Notes: generated by a model not told the origin, from the sequence alone. 64,000 nucleotides of DNA from Gemmatimonadota bacterium (GCA_036679605.1 JAZDCZ010000427.1:1-64000), one strand, 5' to 3'; numbered from the stretch's first letter, positions 10,151 to 19,787 are shown. A program made the numbers and translations.

Positions 10151-10606
10151 ATGTCATCACCTAATGTTGCTTCAATCGTTCGCGCCGCTCGCCGACAACG
10201 GCGCATCGGCCCCGATGAGAAATGCCTGCTTTGCGTCTACGCCAATCCTGTCGCGCTCTCACGCGTAAACCGAACCCTGCTGGACGAGCATCACGTTTCA
10301 GGAATTGCAAATTCGGAGGATCTTACCGTCGTGTTGTGTCGTAACTGCCACGCCGAAGTGACTGAAGATTTGAGACAGGGGGGAGTATCGATGAAACCGC
10401 CTACGACAATCATTGATCGTGCCATTCAGTTGTTGAAGGGGCTTCAGACCTTTTGGCCAAAGGTGAACAGCGCTATCGGCGACGTCGTCTTGTGGCTGGA
10501 GGGCTTCGCAAAAGGGCTCGATCGGGATTATCCGGCATGGCGCGACATGCCCGAGGCAGCAGGCTGGTCAGTAGGATCAGTAGAAGATGAAGATGAGCAT
10601 CGATGA
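10151..10606 (+). CDS. HNH-type Zn-binding endonuclease-like protein
   Basis: CLLC...DEHHVSG..N...LCRNCHAE. AAGGAGG RBS before ATG 10151. Confidence 0.8.
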   Translation: MSSPNVASIVRAARRQRRIGPDEKCLLCVYANPVALSRVNRTLLDEHHVSGIANSEDLTVVLCRNCHAEVTEDLRQGGVSMKPPTTIIDRAIQLLKGLQTFWPKVNSAIGDVVLWLEGFAKGLDRDYPAWRDMPEAAGWSVGSVEDEDEHR

Positions 10607-13600
10607 TCTGCAGGTCGCGGTGCGGGTGTACACGAGGCAGCGCACCGACAAGCCACTGAAGAGTCGCGGGCAACAGAAGCGGAAGAAGCCGACTGAGGCT
10701 GTAAGCCACTCCGAAGAAGCGCACAGCGCTCCATGGCCCGCGGTAGTCCTGATCCTCGACTTCGAGACAACCACGGATCCAACCCAACGAATGACCTTCG
10801 GTAGTTACCGAATCGGCAAATTCCACGGGCTGCGTCTTCGTGTCGTTGAAGAAGGTCTCGTGCATGCGGACGATCTCCTTGAAACTGACCCGCAAGGGCT
10901 GGCACTGCTCACCGCCTATTCTACCTCCCATAAGGCCGAGGTCGCCGGTAGGCGGGTCAAAAAACTACACCTGTACTCCCGTCGTGAGTTCATGGAGAAA
11001 GTCTTCTGGCCTATCGCCTACGATGCCGAGTCGCTGGTGGTCGGCTTTAACCTACCGTTCGATATTTCACGTCTAGCAACTGACGTTGGTGATGCGCGGA
11101 TTCCCTTTCGCGGCGGATTCTCATTTCAGATGTCAGAGTACTTCGACGAGGAGAGTGACAGCTACAAGGAGAACCGGAATCGCCCACGCGTGTGCGTGCG
11201 ACACCTGGATCCCAGGCGCTCGTTCAAAGGGTTTACCCGGCCCGCCAAAGTTCGTGGGGACGACCCAGGTTTTGTTGTTCGACCAGAGGCTCACCCCAAC
11301 AAGGGAGGATTTCGCGGGCACCTGATCGATCTGCGGACACTGGCCTTTGCTCTTACCAATACCAGCCATTCACTCGAATCGGCTTGTAAAGCATTTGGAA
11401 TGGAACACGGTAAAGGTGAAGCCGAAACACACGGTCACATAACGCCTGAGTATATCGCTTACAACAGACAAGATGTGCGCGCCACGACTGAACTGCTTGT
11501 TAAGCTCAGGCAGGAATTCGATCTCCATCCCATCAGCCTCGACCCCTGCCATGCGTTCTCTCCCGCGAGCGTGGGGAAAGCCTATTTCAAGGCCGCGGGA
11601 ATTGAACCCCTCAGACATAAATATCTCAACATCACATCGGAGCATTACGGCATCGCCATGACATCCTATTACGGTGGCCGGGCTGAAGCCAGAATACGGC
11701 TACAACCGGTACCGGTGGTTTATGGTGATTTTCTCGCGATGTATCCCACAGTCAACTGCCTGATGAACATGTCGAAAATGTTGACAGCCGAACGAATAGG
11801 GGTTGTGAGCGCAACCGATTACGTGCGGCGACTACTCCGGAAGGTGTCGATCGACCAGTGCTTTGATCCTAACTTCTGGCTGAAGTTGCGGTTCTTCGCG
11901 CTTGTCAAACCGCGTGGTGATATCCTGCCCGTCAGAGCTAAGTACAGTCCCGACAACGATTCTTTCACCATCGGCGTCAACCCAGTGACCTCTGAGGACA
12001 CACCTTTGTGGTATGCTGGTCCGGACCTGGTGGCTTCAACTCTGCTGTCGGGGCGGCCACCGGAGATTGTTGAGGCCTTCCGTTTGGTACCAAGAGGGCT
12101 TCAAGAGGGACTGAAGCCGATGCGGTTGGGCGGCCAAGTGTGCATAGACCCACGGAAAGACGATGTCTTTCAGAAGGTGATAGAATCGCGTAAGGCCGTG
12201 GCCCGCGACAACTCATTGCCAAAACGCGAGCGCGAGCGGCTCGACCGCTTTATCAAAGTTTTCGCTAACAGCATTAGCTACGGCGTGTACGCCGAATTCA
12301 ATAGGGAAGAGGCCAAAGCACGTGAGAAGTTCGCCGTAGAAGCGTACGGCTTGGACGGCGGATTTACCGTCAGAAAACCCAGGCTTGAAAAACCAGGTGT
12401 GTATTGCTTTCCACCTTATGCCTCACTCATCACGTCTGGTGCCCGTCTGATGCTCGCCCTTCTAGAAGCCACAGTCACCAGGGCCGGTGGCACGTACGCG
12501 TTCTGTGATACCGACTCGATGGCGATCGTGGCCACCAAGACTGGCGGCCTTCTGGCTTGCCCCAATGGCAATCGTACGCTTGGCGACGGCACACCGGCGG
12601 TACAAGCGCTGTCGTGGAAGCAAGTGGACGCGATAATCGAGCGATTCAAAGCGTTGAATCCATATGATCACAGTGTGATTTCCGGATCCGTCTTGGAGAT
12701 AGAGCGAGAAAACTTTGACGACGACGGTAGGCGATGCCAACTGCACGTGTTCGTTATTTCAGCGAAGCGCTATGCGCTGTTCAATCTTGCGGCGGATGGA
12801 ACCATAAAGATTTGCAAGCATTCGGAGCACGGGCTCGGACACCTCTTAAACCCAATCGACCTCGCACGTGAGTCACGGGATTGGATTCAAGAGGTCTGGC
12901 TTGAGATCATCACGTCCACACTGAACGGTACTTCGCCATCCTTTCCAAGCTGGGCATCACGGCCTGCAGTATCCCGTCTTTCGATCACGTCGCCACACCT
13001 ATATAGACCGTTTCACCGAACCGGGTCAAAGCTCAAATACGCAGACCGGATCAAGCCGATGAATTTCGTGTTGAGTGTGACAGTTGCGCCATTCGGTCAC
13101 CCACCAGGAGTCGATCCCAAACGATTTCATTTGATCGGCCCCTACACAACCGACCCGCGAAAGATCCGCAGGCAGTTTTGGTTCGATATTCACACCGGGG
13201 AGCGCTTCGGAATTACCACAGGACATCCAGGGGGATCGCTAGTGCGGGTTCAGTCGTACAACGATATCCTGGTGAAATATTGTACGCACCCCGAGTCGAA
13301 GAGTGCAGATGCTACAAGAAAAGCATGCACTCGTTCTACCAAGGGCCTCCTCTACCGACGGAGCGTCGTCGTCAACGAAGTCGTCTATATCGGTAAGGAA
13401 GCAAACCGGATCGAGGAAGTGGAGCACGGTACCGTGCACGATTGGGAGGAGGTTCGTGAAAGATACTCCGATCCCAAGCGGGGTATTTGGGTAACGCATG
13501 TCTTCCCGATCCTGCGAACACTTGAGGAAAAGGTGCTTGCTAAGAGAATCGGGGTGACTGCACGTACAATGCGGTCGTACAGAAGCGGCACATCACGACC

Positions 13601-13805
13601 CCGGATGAAGACCTTCAAGTCGGCTGCGCTAGTAGCAGTCGAGCGTGCACGTCACATCGTGGGCAGCGCTGAATTCGCTGTGGAGCTGCGACGTCGTGCG
13701 GAGAGGTTGCTTGCTACTGATCTAGCCAGATCGATCGAGATTCCGGAGGTCCAGGCTCAAACACAGGATTCCCAGAGGAGGGTGGCATGTATACGCCTTT
13801 GCTGA
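10587..13805 (+). CDS. polB: Family B DNA polymerase (casposon type) with 3'-5' exonuclease and C-terminal HTH-like segment
   Basis: Exonuclease motifs DFETT, GFNLPFDI and YNRQDV. Polymerase motifs YYGGRAE, DFLAMYP, KVFANSISYG, CDTDS and KRYAL. Confidence 0.93.
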   Translation: MKMSIDDLQVAVRVYTRQRTDKPLKSRGQQKRKKPTEAVSHSEEAHSAPWPAVVLILDFETTTDPTQRMTFGSYRIGKFHGLRLRVVEEGLVHADDLLETDPQGLALLTAYSTSHKAEVAGRRVKKLHLYSRREFMEKVFWPIAYDAESLVVGFNLPFDISRLATDVGDARIPFRGGFSFQMSEYFDEESDSYKENRNRPRVCVRHLDPRRSFKGFTRPAKVRGDDPGFVVRPEAHPNKGGFRGHLIDLRTLAFALTNTSHSLESACKAFGMEHGKGEAETHGHITPEYIAYNRQDVRATTELLVKLRQEFDLHPISLDPCHAFSPASVGKAYFKAAGIEPLRHKYLNITSEHYGIAMTSYYGGRAEARIRLQPVPVVYGDFLAMYPTVNCLMNMSKMLTAERIGVVSATDYVRRLLRKVSIDQCFDPNFWLKLRFFALVKPRGDILPVRAKYSPDNDSFTIGVNPVTSEDTPLWYAGPDLVASTLLSGRPPEIVEAFRLVPRGLQEGLKPMRLGGQVCIDPRKDDVFQKVIESRKAVARDNSLPKRERERLDRFIKVFANSISYGVYAEFNREEAKAREKFAVEAYGLDGGFTVRKPRLEKPGVYCFPPYASLITSGARLMLALLEATVTRAGGTYAFCDTDSMAIVATKTGGLLACPNGNRTLGDGTPAVQALSWKQVDAIIERFKALNPYDHSVISGSVLEIERENFDDDGRRCQLHVFVISAKRYALFNLAADGTIKICKHSEHGLGHLLNPIDLARESRDWIQEVWLEIITSTLNGTSPSFPSWASRPAVSRLSITSPHLYRPFHRTGSKLKYADRIKPMNFVLSVTVAPFGHPPGVDPKRFHLIGPYTTDPRKIRRQFWFDIHTGERFGITTGHPGGSLVRVQSYNDILVKYCTHPESKSADATRKACTRSTKGLLYRRSVVVNEVVYIGKEANRIEEVEHGTVHDWEEVRERYSDPKRGIWVTHVFPILRTLEEKVLAKRIGVTARTMRSYRSGTSRPRMKTFKSAALVAVERARHIVGSAEFAVELRRRAERLLATDLARSIEIPEVQAQTQDSQRRVACIRLC

Positions 13806-14791
13806 GTACCGGCGAAGCGGCCAAGTTAGCAGGACTGTCTGAAGACCATATACGCCGGTTGGCCAACCGTAACATTATCGATTGCACGCGTACGCCTGGC
13901 GGTCACCGGCGGTTCCGCGAAGATGTAGTGTTAGACTACGTCGAGAACCGCCCTCGCAGACAGCCACGTGTACGACATCCTAAACCGCAACCACGTAACG
14001 AACGCCAGGACATAGACGCCGCAGTTGAGTTTCTGAGTCAGCTCGACTATCCAGATGAAGAGGAATGGGTTGAACCGGAGCCAGCTCGACCGGCGCCGCA
14101 ACCTCGGGCTTCGGTTGTCCCGCAGGTGCAAGAACCGGCTATACCCTTCGGCAGTCCATCTCCCTTCGACGATGTGGATGAGCGAACCGCTGAGGAAGAG
14201 ACTCGGAAGGCCGAGGAACAAGCCCAGAAGGTACGTGAGGAAAGCGCCCGTATTCGGAACCTCAAGCTCGGAGCGATGGCGTGCATACCCTACGATGTTC
14301 CCAGCGTCTGGCGATCCAAGGTGATAACATCACTCGAACAGAAGGTGACGAGCGAGCGTGTTTCGTCTTGGTTACCGCACCACGAGCAGGCCAACCAAGC
14401 CACGAGCGTCGTTGAGGAAACACTGCAGCCCTACCGTGAGGAGAAGAAGCGGGAGAAGGAACAACAGCGAATCGAGCTAGAGCACAAGCGAGCTGAAGCC
14501 GAGCGGGAGAAGCGCAAGGAAAAGGAACGAAAGAAGTCCGAGAGGCGTAGGGAAGAAGAACGAGAGAAGTCCGAGCAGCGCAAGCAGCAGCTAGTTGATC
14601 ATGGTATGAAGTACGCGGGGGACGAAACCTGGGGTTGGGACTACAGTTCCAAGACTGATGCCAAGCGCGAGGTGGAGGCCGTTCTCAAACGCGACGTGGA
14701 GCAGGATTGGACCGAGCACGAGGTAGAAAACTTGGTGGACGATGTGTTGGCGGACTGGGATCCGAATGACAACGATGGGGACGAGTGGTGA
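13787..14791 (+). CDS. Excisionase-like HTH protein with a long charged coiled-coil region
   Basis: LLSTGEAAKLAGLSEDHIRRLA...RTPGGHRRF, followed by an E/K/R-rich helical region. Confidence 0.75.
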   Translation: MYTPLLSTGEAAKLAGLSEDHIRRLANRNIIDCTRTPGGHRRFREDVVLDYVENRPRRQPRVRHPKPQPRNERQDIDAAVEFLSQLDYPDEEEWVEPEPARPAPQPRASVVPQVQEPAIPFGSPSPFDDVDERTAEEETRKAEEQAQKVREESARIRNLKLGAMACIPYDVPSVWRSKVITSLEQKVTSERVSSWLPHHEQANQATSVVEETLQPYREEKKREKEQQRIELEHKRAEAEREKRKEKERKKSERRREEEREKSEQRKQQLVDHGMKYAGDETWGWDYSSKTDAKREVEAVLKRDVEQDWTEHEVENLVDDVLADWDPNDNDGDEW

Positions 14792-14890
14792 CTCTCCGCT
14801 TTAAGACAGGGGCCGATCACACCACATTCTAGCTTCTTGGCCTGATACCTGCGGCAATCACGCTGAACGCAAGACTCTGCTTTATAGCAG

Positions 14891-15589
14891 TCAAATGTCC
14901 TCGCCACGTTTGCGACGGCGCAGCCGGGCTGCCCCGATACCGAATAGGCCACTACCCAGTAGCACCATAGTAATGGGCTCGGGTACAACTGTGGTCGGAG
15001 GAGTCTCACGAGTAAGATCGGCGTTACTGCAACAACTGACGCGCTGATCGACTGTCTTGCCGTTCAACACCCCTATCTGCGTCCGCAGGTCCGACGGAAA
15101 GGCTGTTACCTCAAACGAGAACACGACTGTTCCATAAAGCGCCGTCTGGACAGGCATGAATGTCTGTTGATCTGCAAGGCATTGTGGATCGCTTTGGCAA
15201 CGAGAATCAAAGATCGCGTTAAATGGCCCTGGGTCGTCCGCTCCGCCAATGAAGGCAAGTCTTGAAATATTTACATCAAGGAGGAATAGATCTGTGACGT
15301 CGACTCCTCCAATTGTCGCAGATGCAGTGCCCGGCAAGAAAGTAGCGCTCGTGACACCGTTAAACCCAACGTTTTGAATTGCTGCCCACGGAAGACCAAT
15401 GGATTCAAAGCTTGTGTTGGTAACCCTAGCCGTCACGGCCCACCGATCTCCGAGGAAAATTGCTTCAACGGCAATACTAGCGCATGTCCGTATTGAACCG
15501 GATGAACATCCAGAGAAGGTCTGGGCTGAGACCAAATTCGGTACAAATAGCAGAGACAGAGATAGCGGGTAGACAAGACGCAGCATCAT
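14891..15589 (-). CDS. PEP-CTERM sorting-domain secreted protein
   Basis: Signal peptide and C-terminal VPEPITMVLLGSGLFGIGAARLRRRK. Start inferred at 15589. Confidence 0.85.
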   Translation of the reverse strand: MMLRLVYPLSLSLLFVPNLVSAQTFSGCSSGSIRTCASIAVEAIFLGDRWAVTARVTNTSFESIGLPWAAIQNVGFNGVTSATFLPGTASATIGGVDVTDLFLLDVNISRLAFIGGADDPGPFNAIFDSRCQSDPQCLADQQTFMPVQTALYGTVVFSFEVTAFPSDLRTQIGVLNGKTVDQRVSCCSNADLTRETPPTTVVPEPITMVLLGSGLFGIGAARLRRRKRGEDI

Positions 15590-16097
15590 AGGTCGCCTAC
15601 TACAAATCGCGGCTGTCATATCTGACCACTTGATGACACGCATGTTGCCCCGCATAGGACGCTCCAAGGCAGAAAGACGGCTTCCATTGCTGTACTACAA
15701 CCTGTTGAGCACTTGAAGACGGCGAGTACAAATGACTCGGACAACTACGCCATTAGAAGCAAGAATTATACCGAAATGTGACGTGGGTCACAATTTCTGA
15801 GGTGGTGCAATCTGTTGCCAGGTAACGGCTTAAGGTCTCGCTGGCGCTGCTTGGCAGGGCCAGGTTACTGCTTGCGTCGTGCTGGCCCCACAGACTGTCG
15901 ATGCGCGGTGTTGCATCCTCTGTGGTTGAGCGACTCCACTTGGCAAAATCGGTACATCGGATTGCGCAAGGAATGATCGAAGAAGTTGAGCGGCAGTTGG
16001 CAAAAGTCCGGAAAACGCCTAATGTTGAGACGGCTGGTGGGGTCGGACGTGAAGCCTAGCGGATCACAAGAAGAGTTTGGCAATGATGTGTCAGGCT

Positions 16098-16711
16098 TCA
16101 CCGTTGACCCTCGTTTACTTGAAGCAACCACTGGCGAAGTTGGTCTCCATTCTTGAGTTCTAGGCGGTTCGGAACAAGAGCCTGAAACTCTTCGCTCGTA
16201 TAGATACCGGGTTGGAAGTCGGACGTTGTAGTGATGAGGCCCTTTGATGCGTTAAGGTCCCTGGACAGTACTCCCATCATGCTGCGAACGTCGTCGTGGG
16301 TGACAAGGTGACCATGAGAATAGGCTTTGCACTGCTCCAAGAAGCGAATCGCACCGAACCCAGGTTTTGCTACGATAACGTCCCGACCGCCATCGCCGCT
16401 TCGAGGCGTAAGTTCTACTTGCCACTCACCACTCTTGCTGTATGTTGCAGCGATGAATTCCTCGAACTTTCTAGGGTGCTTTACGAACTGGAAAAGAAAT
16501 TCCGGGTCACGGTCAATCTCCAACATAATTTCCAACCATACGTCTGTAACACCGACAATGAGCTGACCCTCGGCCGTCTTGTCTCCAACTACTGTGATTG
16601 TGGCCTGGATGAGCACCTCTGCACTCGCTTTCTTCCGTCGTGAAGCTAGGATGATTCTCCTACGCCTCCAGTGAAAGGTCATTGCATCATCCCAAACCGA
16701 CTGCGGCACTC
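16098..16711 (-). pseudogene. 3' part of an IS3-interrupted Mrr-like restriction endonuclease gene
   Basis: PRKFEEFIAATY...TPRSGDGGRDV...EQCKAY is the Mrr_cat pattern. Joins in frame to 17967-18432 once the IS is removed. Confidence 0.85.
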
Positions 16712-16746
16712 TGGAATTCACCCGCTTTTTCGTACACGCGGTTAAG

Positions 16747-17640
16747 CTAGGTTTCGCGGTTTTCGAACGCTATTGGGCTGAGCCCTCCGGTGTGCGAGTG
16801 GCGTCGAATCGGATTATAGAATTTCTCAATGTAGTCGTCGATATCTGTTGTAGCATCCTGTCTGTTCCAGTATTTGCGTCGGTTGATCCGTTCTTTTTTC
16901 AGGCTGCTGAAGAAGCTTTCCATGGCGGCGTTGTCATAGCAGTCTCCACGTCTGCTCATGCTTGATACGGCCTGGGCCTTTGCGAGCCTCTGCTGGTACT
17001 CGTAGCAGGCATACTGACTGCCTTGATCCGAGTGGTGTACGAGTCCCGATAACGGCTTCCTGAGTCGTAGCGCCTTCTCAAGGGCCGTAAGCGGCAACCA
17101 GCGATCGATGCGCGATGCGGTATTCCAGCCCACAATGCGCCGTGAGTAAAGATCCATCAAAGCGGCCAGGTAGAGCCAGCCTTCCTCGGTTGCGATGTAG
17201 GTGATATCCGCTGCCCAGGCCCTGTTGGGCTCGGCCACTTGGAAGCGGCGCTCCAAAAGGTTCGGGGTAACTGGGTAGTCATGCTCTGAGCTTTGCGCCG
17301 GTCTGCGCCGACGCTTTTGTACTGCGGTGATACCAGCACCCCGCATCAGTCGAGCGACCCGCTTCTCGCTTACTGTATAACCGAGAGCTCGCAGGTCCTT
17401 CACAATGCGGGGACTGCCGTAAACACGCTTGCTCTCTTCGTAGCTGGCTCTGATCTCCAGCAACAGCCTGCGATCGGTCTTCGCTCGCTCACTGGGCTTG
17501 CGGGAACGCCACTCGTAATAACCGCTGCGGGACACCGACAACGCCGAGCACAACCAGCTTGCCGGTCCCAACTCACAACTGGACTTCACCAATCCGTACT
17601 TCACTGCTGGCCTCGGGCGAAATACCCCGACACTTTTTTT
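16747..17640 (-). CDS. IS3 transposase OrfB (DDE), expressed via -1 frameshift
   Basis: WAADITYI, HHSDQGSQY and DNAAMESFF. A7G slippery site at 17633-17640 on the minus strand. Confidence 0.92.
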   Translation of the reverse strand, partial: KKSVGVFRPRPAVKYGLVKSSCELGPASWLCSALSVSRSGYYEWRSRKPSERAKTDRRLLLEIRASYEESKRVYGSPRIVKDLRALGYTVSEKRVARLMRGAGITAVQKRRRRPAQSSEHDYPVTPNLLERRFQVAEPNRAWAADITYIATEEGWLYLAALMDLYSRRIVGWNTASRIDRWLPLTALEKALRLRKPLSGLVHHSDQGSQYACYEYQQRLAKAQAVSSMSRRGDCYDNAAMESFFSSLKKERINRRKYWNRQDATTDIDDYIEKFYNPIRRHSHTGGLSPIAFENRET

Positions 17641-17903
17641 AAAAACGCATTCTCCGTCCGAAGACGGGCATTCTCTCGCCGCAGCTCCTCCAATTCCTTC
17701 TCCCCGTCCTTCAGGTTCCCGTGGCCCGGAAATGACTGAGTCGGATCCTCGCTGAATTCCTTCTTCCAACGACGAAGCATCTCAGAACTCAGCCTGAGCT
17801 CCCTCGCAATCTCACTCGTTGAACGATCACCATTTAGGACCATCCGCACCGCTTCAATCTTAAACTCGCGGCTGAACTTCCTCCGCTGTTTGCCTGATGA
17901 CAT
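17601..17903 (-). CDS. IS3 transposase OrfA (HTH)
   Basis: RRKFSREFKIEAVRMV...EIARELRLSSEMLRRW...LRRENARLRTENAFLKK, with a GGAGG RBS. Confidence 0.92.
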   Translation of the reverse strand: MSSGKQRRKFSREFKIEAVRMVLNGDRSTSEIARELRLSSEMLRRWKKEFSEDPTQSFPGHGNLKDGEKELEELRRENARLRTENAFLKKVSGYFARGQQ

Positions 17904-17966
17904 ACACACCTCCAGCTGACAACAGTGCCAGTTTATCTAGGTGTACGTCAAATCGGGGGACTTCCA

Positions 17967-18432
17967 CTCGCAGTGATCCGTCTAACCAAAGTGGCCCCAA
18001 AGGGCCAGCCTCAGAGGGGTCTATAGGGTCACCAGGCGGTTGTTGGTTGGTGTAGATGCTGCGAAGCTGCTCGAAGTCTTGCTGCAATTCGGAAGACATG
18101 CAGGTAAGCATGCCAAATATTTCGGTTGTTCCGGTCAAGATCGATCTTGCGTCATCTCTTGCTAAGCCAAAGGCAGTTGATGCCGCCAGATACGCCAGCG
18201 AGGATACCGGTTGTTGACCGAACGTGATCCTAGCTACCCGGGAGCGGTCAAAGTTATCACCACGAGAAAAAGCTTCGGCCTGCTTGAGCAATTGCTCCAC
18301 ATCTTGGTGAGTGGACTGATCCTGAATGCGGTACAACTCGGGTTCGAGCCGCCTCACAATACGGGCTATGTAGCAAACGAGCCCACGCAGTGGGAGCTGA
18401 CCCAGGTCGTCGCAGGAAGGAATGCTTGCCAT
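17967..18432 (-). pseudogene. 5' part of the IS3-interrupted Mrr-like endonuclease gene
   Basis: Reads ...PLWLDGSLR|VPQSVWDD... in frame across the excised IS. The reconstructed ORF is 1077 nt (358 aa). Confidence 0.8.
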
Positions 18433-18541
18433 ACTGGAGGGTTTCTCAAATAGGTGGATGTTTGCTTGGCCCTAGCCATTTTTCCGTCTAGGTCGCCTCT
18501 GCCCGCGCTGGCAAAGTAATCACACAACCACCCAACTTCAG

Positions 18542-18699
18542 CAAAATCTAGCCCAAACCCAGACTTACCTAGGTTTGAATCTAGATTTGGCGCCGAGTAA
18601 CCAGGCTGAACAGAGTTTTTTGACGGTGAATCTAGCGGCGCACTGACCGAAACCCGAACAAAACCCGGAGGAAGTTACAAACCAGGTTATCTATATACC
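18542..18699 (-). repeat. Right terminal inverted repeat (TIR) of casposon
   Basis: Reverse complement of 1-158, ending ...GGTTATCTATATACC. Confidence 0.97.
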
Positions 18700-18829
18700 T
18701 TACGCGTTTACGCAAATCCGGCCTATCGCGGTGTCACAGGTGAGGTCAGCCCTCTACAAACGGCCCCACTGGACAGTCAGTCGGCCGTCGCTCATTCCAC
18801 GCTAGTATCAGACGTTTCCTGTTGCGACC

Positions 18830-19111
18830 GTGCCAAGCACGAATCTTTCGGTAATACCTCTGGAGCCCACCGGCAATCTGTTCGCAGTTCTTGATTGTGA
18901 AGTCCGCGGTCAGAACCTTGGCGCTCCCGCTAAAGTTCCTACATTGATCGAGGAAATATTCAGCAAAACCCAAGGTGATATTGGACAGACCGACGCCGCA
19001 AGACTCCCCAAATCTGGCGCATTTGCAGCGGCAACACAAAGAGCGCTACCTGCAATCGTTGTGCTAGTTGTTGTGTTGTTACTGTTTATGTTTGTTTTGA
19101 AACGGAGGTAG
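18830..19111 (+). CDS. Small protein or fragment with C-terminal membrane anchor
   Basis: Ends in hydrophobic ALPAIVVLVVVLLLFMFVL followed by KRR. Start uncertain. Confidence 0.4.
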   Translation: MPSTNLSVIPLEPTGNLFAVLDCEVRGQNLGAPAKVPTLIEEIFSKTQGDIGQTDAARLPKSGAFAAATQRALPAIVVLVVVLLLFMFVLKRR

Positions 19112-19117
19112 GAAACG

Positions 19118-19240
19118 ATGGCAAGGCCAAAGGTTCAAAGACGCCGTAAAAGAAAGCTACCTCGGCGTAACAAGAAAGGGCGATTTGTAAAAGGTAAGGC
19201 GCGTAGTCGGCAAAAAAAGCGCCGTAATCCTCGGCGTTAG
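19118..19240 (+). CDS. 40-aa protamine-like Arg/Lys-rich peptide
   Basis: MARPKVQRRRKRKLPRRNKKGRFVKGKARSRQKKRRNPRR, with GGAGGTAGGA upstream. Not in the ORF track. Confidence 0.55.
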   Translation: MARPKVQRRRKRKLPRRNKKGRFVKGKARSRQKKRRNPRR

Positions 19241-19580
19241 TTTGATCGTGTGTCGATTCGTTTTACTTCTCACAGTCTTACTGCCGGGGCAGCTGATCTC
19301 GGCATTCGAACATTATCAGGGGGGCAACGCATCGTAGTCGGGAGCGGGGCCAAAGGGCAGGTCATCCTAGGCTCATTCTGGATCAGAATGCGACTTATGA
19401 GCTTGGCTTGAACCGAAGTTCACCCCGGGTTGTCATCAGTTTCTATTCCCTATGGGTTCATCATTGGCCGTCTGAAGCCTAGGGTTAGGCTGTGCTTATA
19501 CTGACCCCGTTCGGGTTCGACTCAATAAGTGCCAATGCCTGATCAATTGTGTGCGCGGTCACGATGCCAGTGTTGTCACT

Positions 19581-19742
19581 AGTCTTCGCCTTGCCCTTCT
19601 GAATTCTGCTTCTACCACGGGATCGATTTCGACCTGAAAGCGGAGTCGGTAACGGCTTGTACGAGACCGTCCGACGAGGGTTCGCTGTCGCCAATGTCTG
19701 GGCAACGCGCTCGACGACTAGTGCAATAGATCTCGACCATTT
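19581..19742 (-). pseudogene. Fragment of a second, diverged casposase gene
   Basis: 54 codons align without gaps to cas1 7187-7348, with 45/54 aa identical and many synonymous changes. Confidence 0.9.
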
Positions 19743-19787
19743 CGCATGATTGTTGCCCCTCGCGGGCTAAGCAGCCGTCAACAAAGG

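Larger units (their letters stand above)
16712..17966 (-). mobile_element. IS3-family insertion sequence (1255 bp)
   Basis: Imperfect IRs TGGAATTCACCCGCTTTTTCGTACAC and TGGAAGTCCCCCGATTTGACGTACAC. 3-bp TSD CTC at 16709-16711 and 17967-17969. orfA/orfB organisation. Confidence 0.95.
1..18699. mobile_element. Casposon (Cas1/casposase + PolB self-synthesizing element), about 18.7 kb
   Basis: Bounded by 158-bp inverted repeats. Contains a solo cas1, a family B DNA polymerase, an HNH protein and HTH proteins, with no cas2 or CRISPR array. The left end coincides with the window start, so a few terminal bases and the TSD cannot be seen. Confidence 0.92.

Noticed and set aside
18700..18760. Target-site duplication or tRNA target of the casposon
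   Set aside because: The left flank is outside the window, so a TSD cannot be tested. No tRNA-like sequence was recognised at the right flank.
18700..19787. Proto-CRISPR array of captured fragments beside the casposon
   Set aside because: The region is patchy, but I found no recurring repeat separating the fragments.
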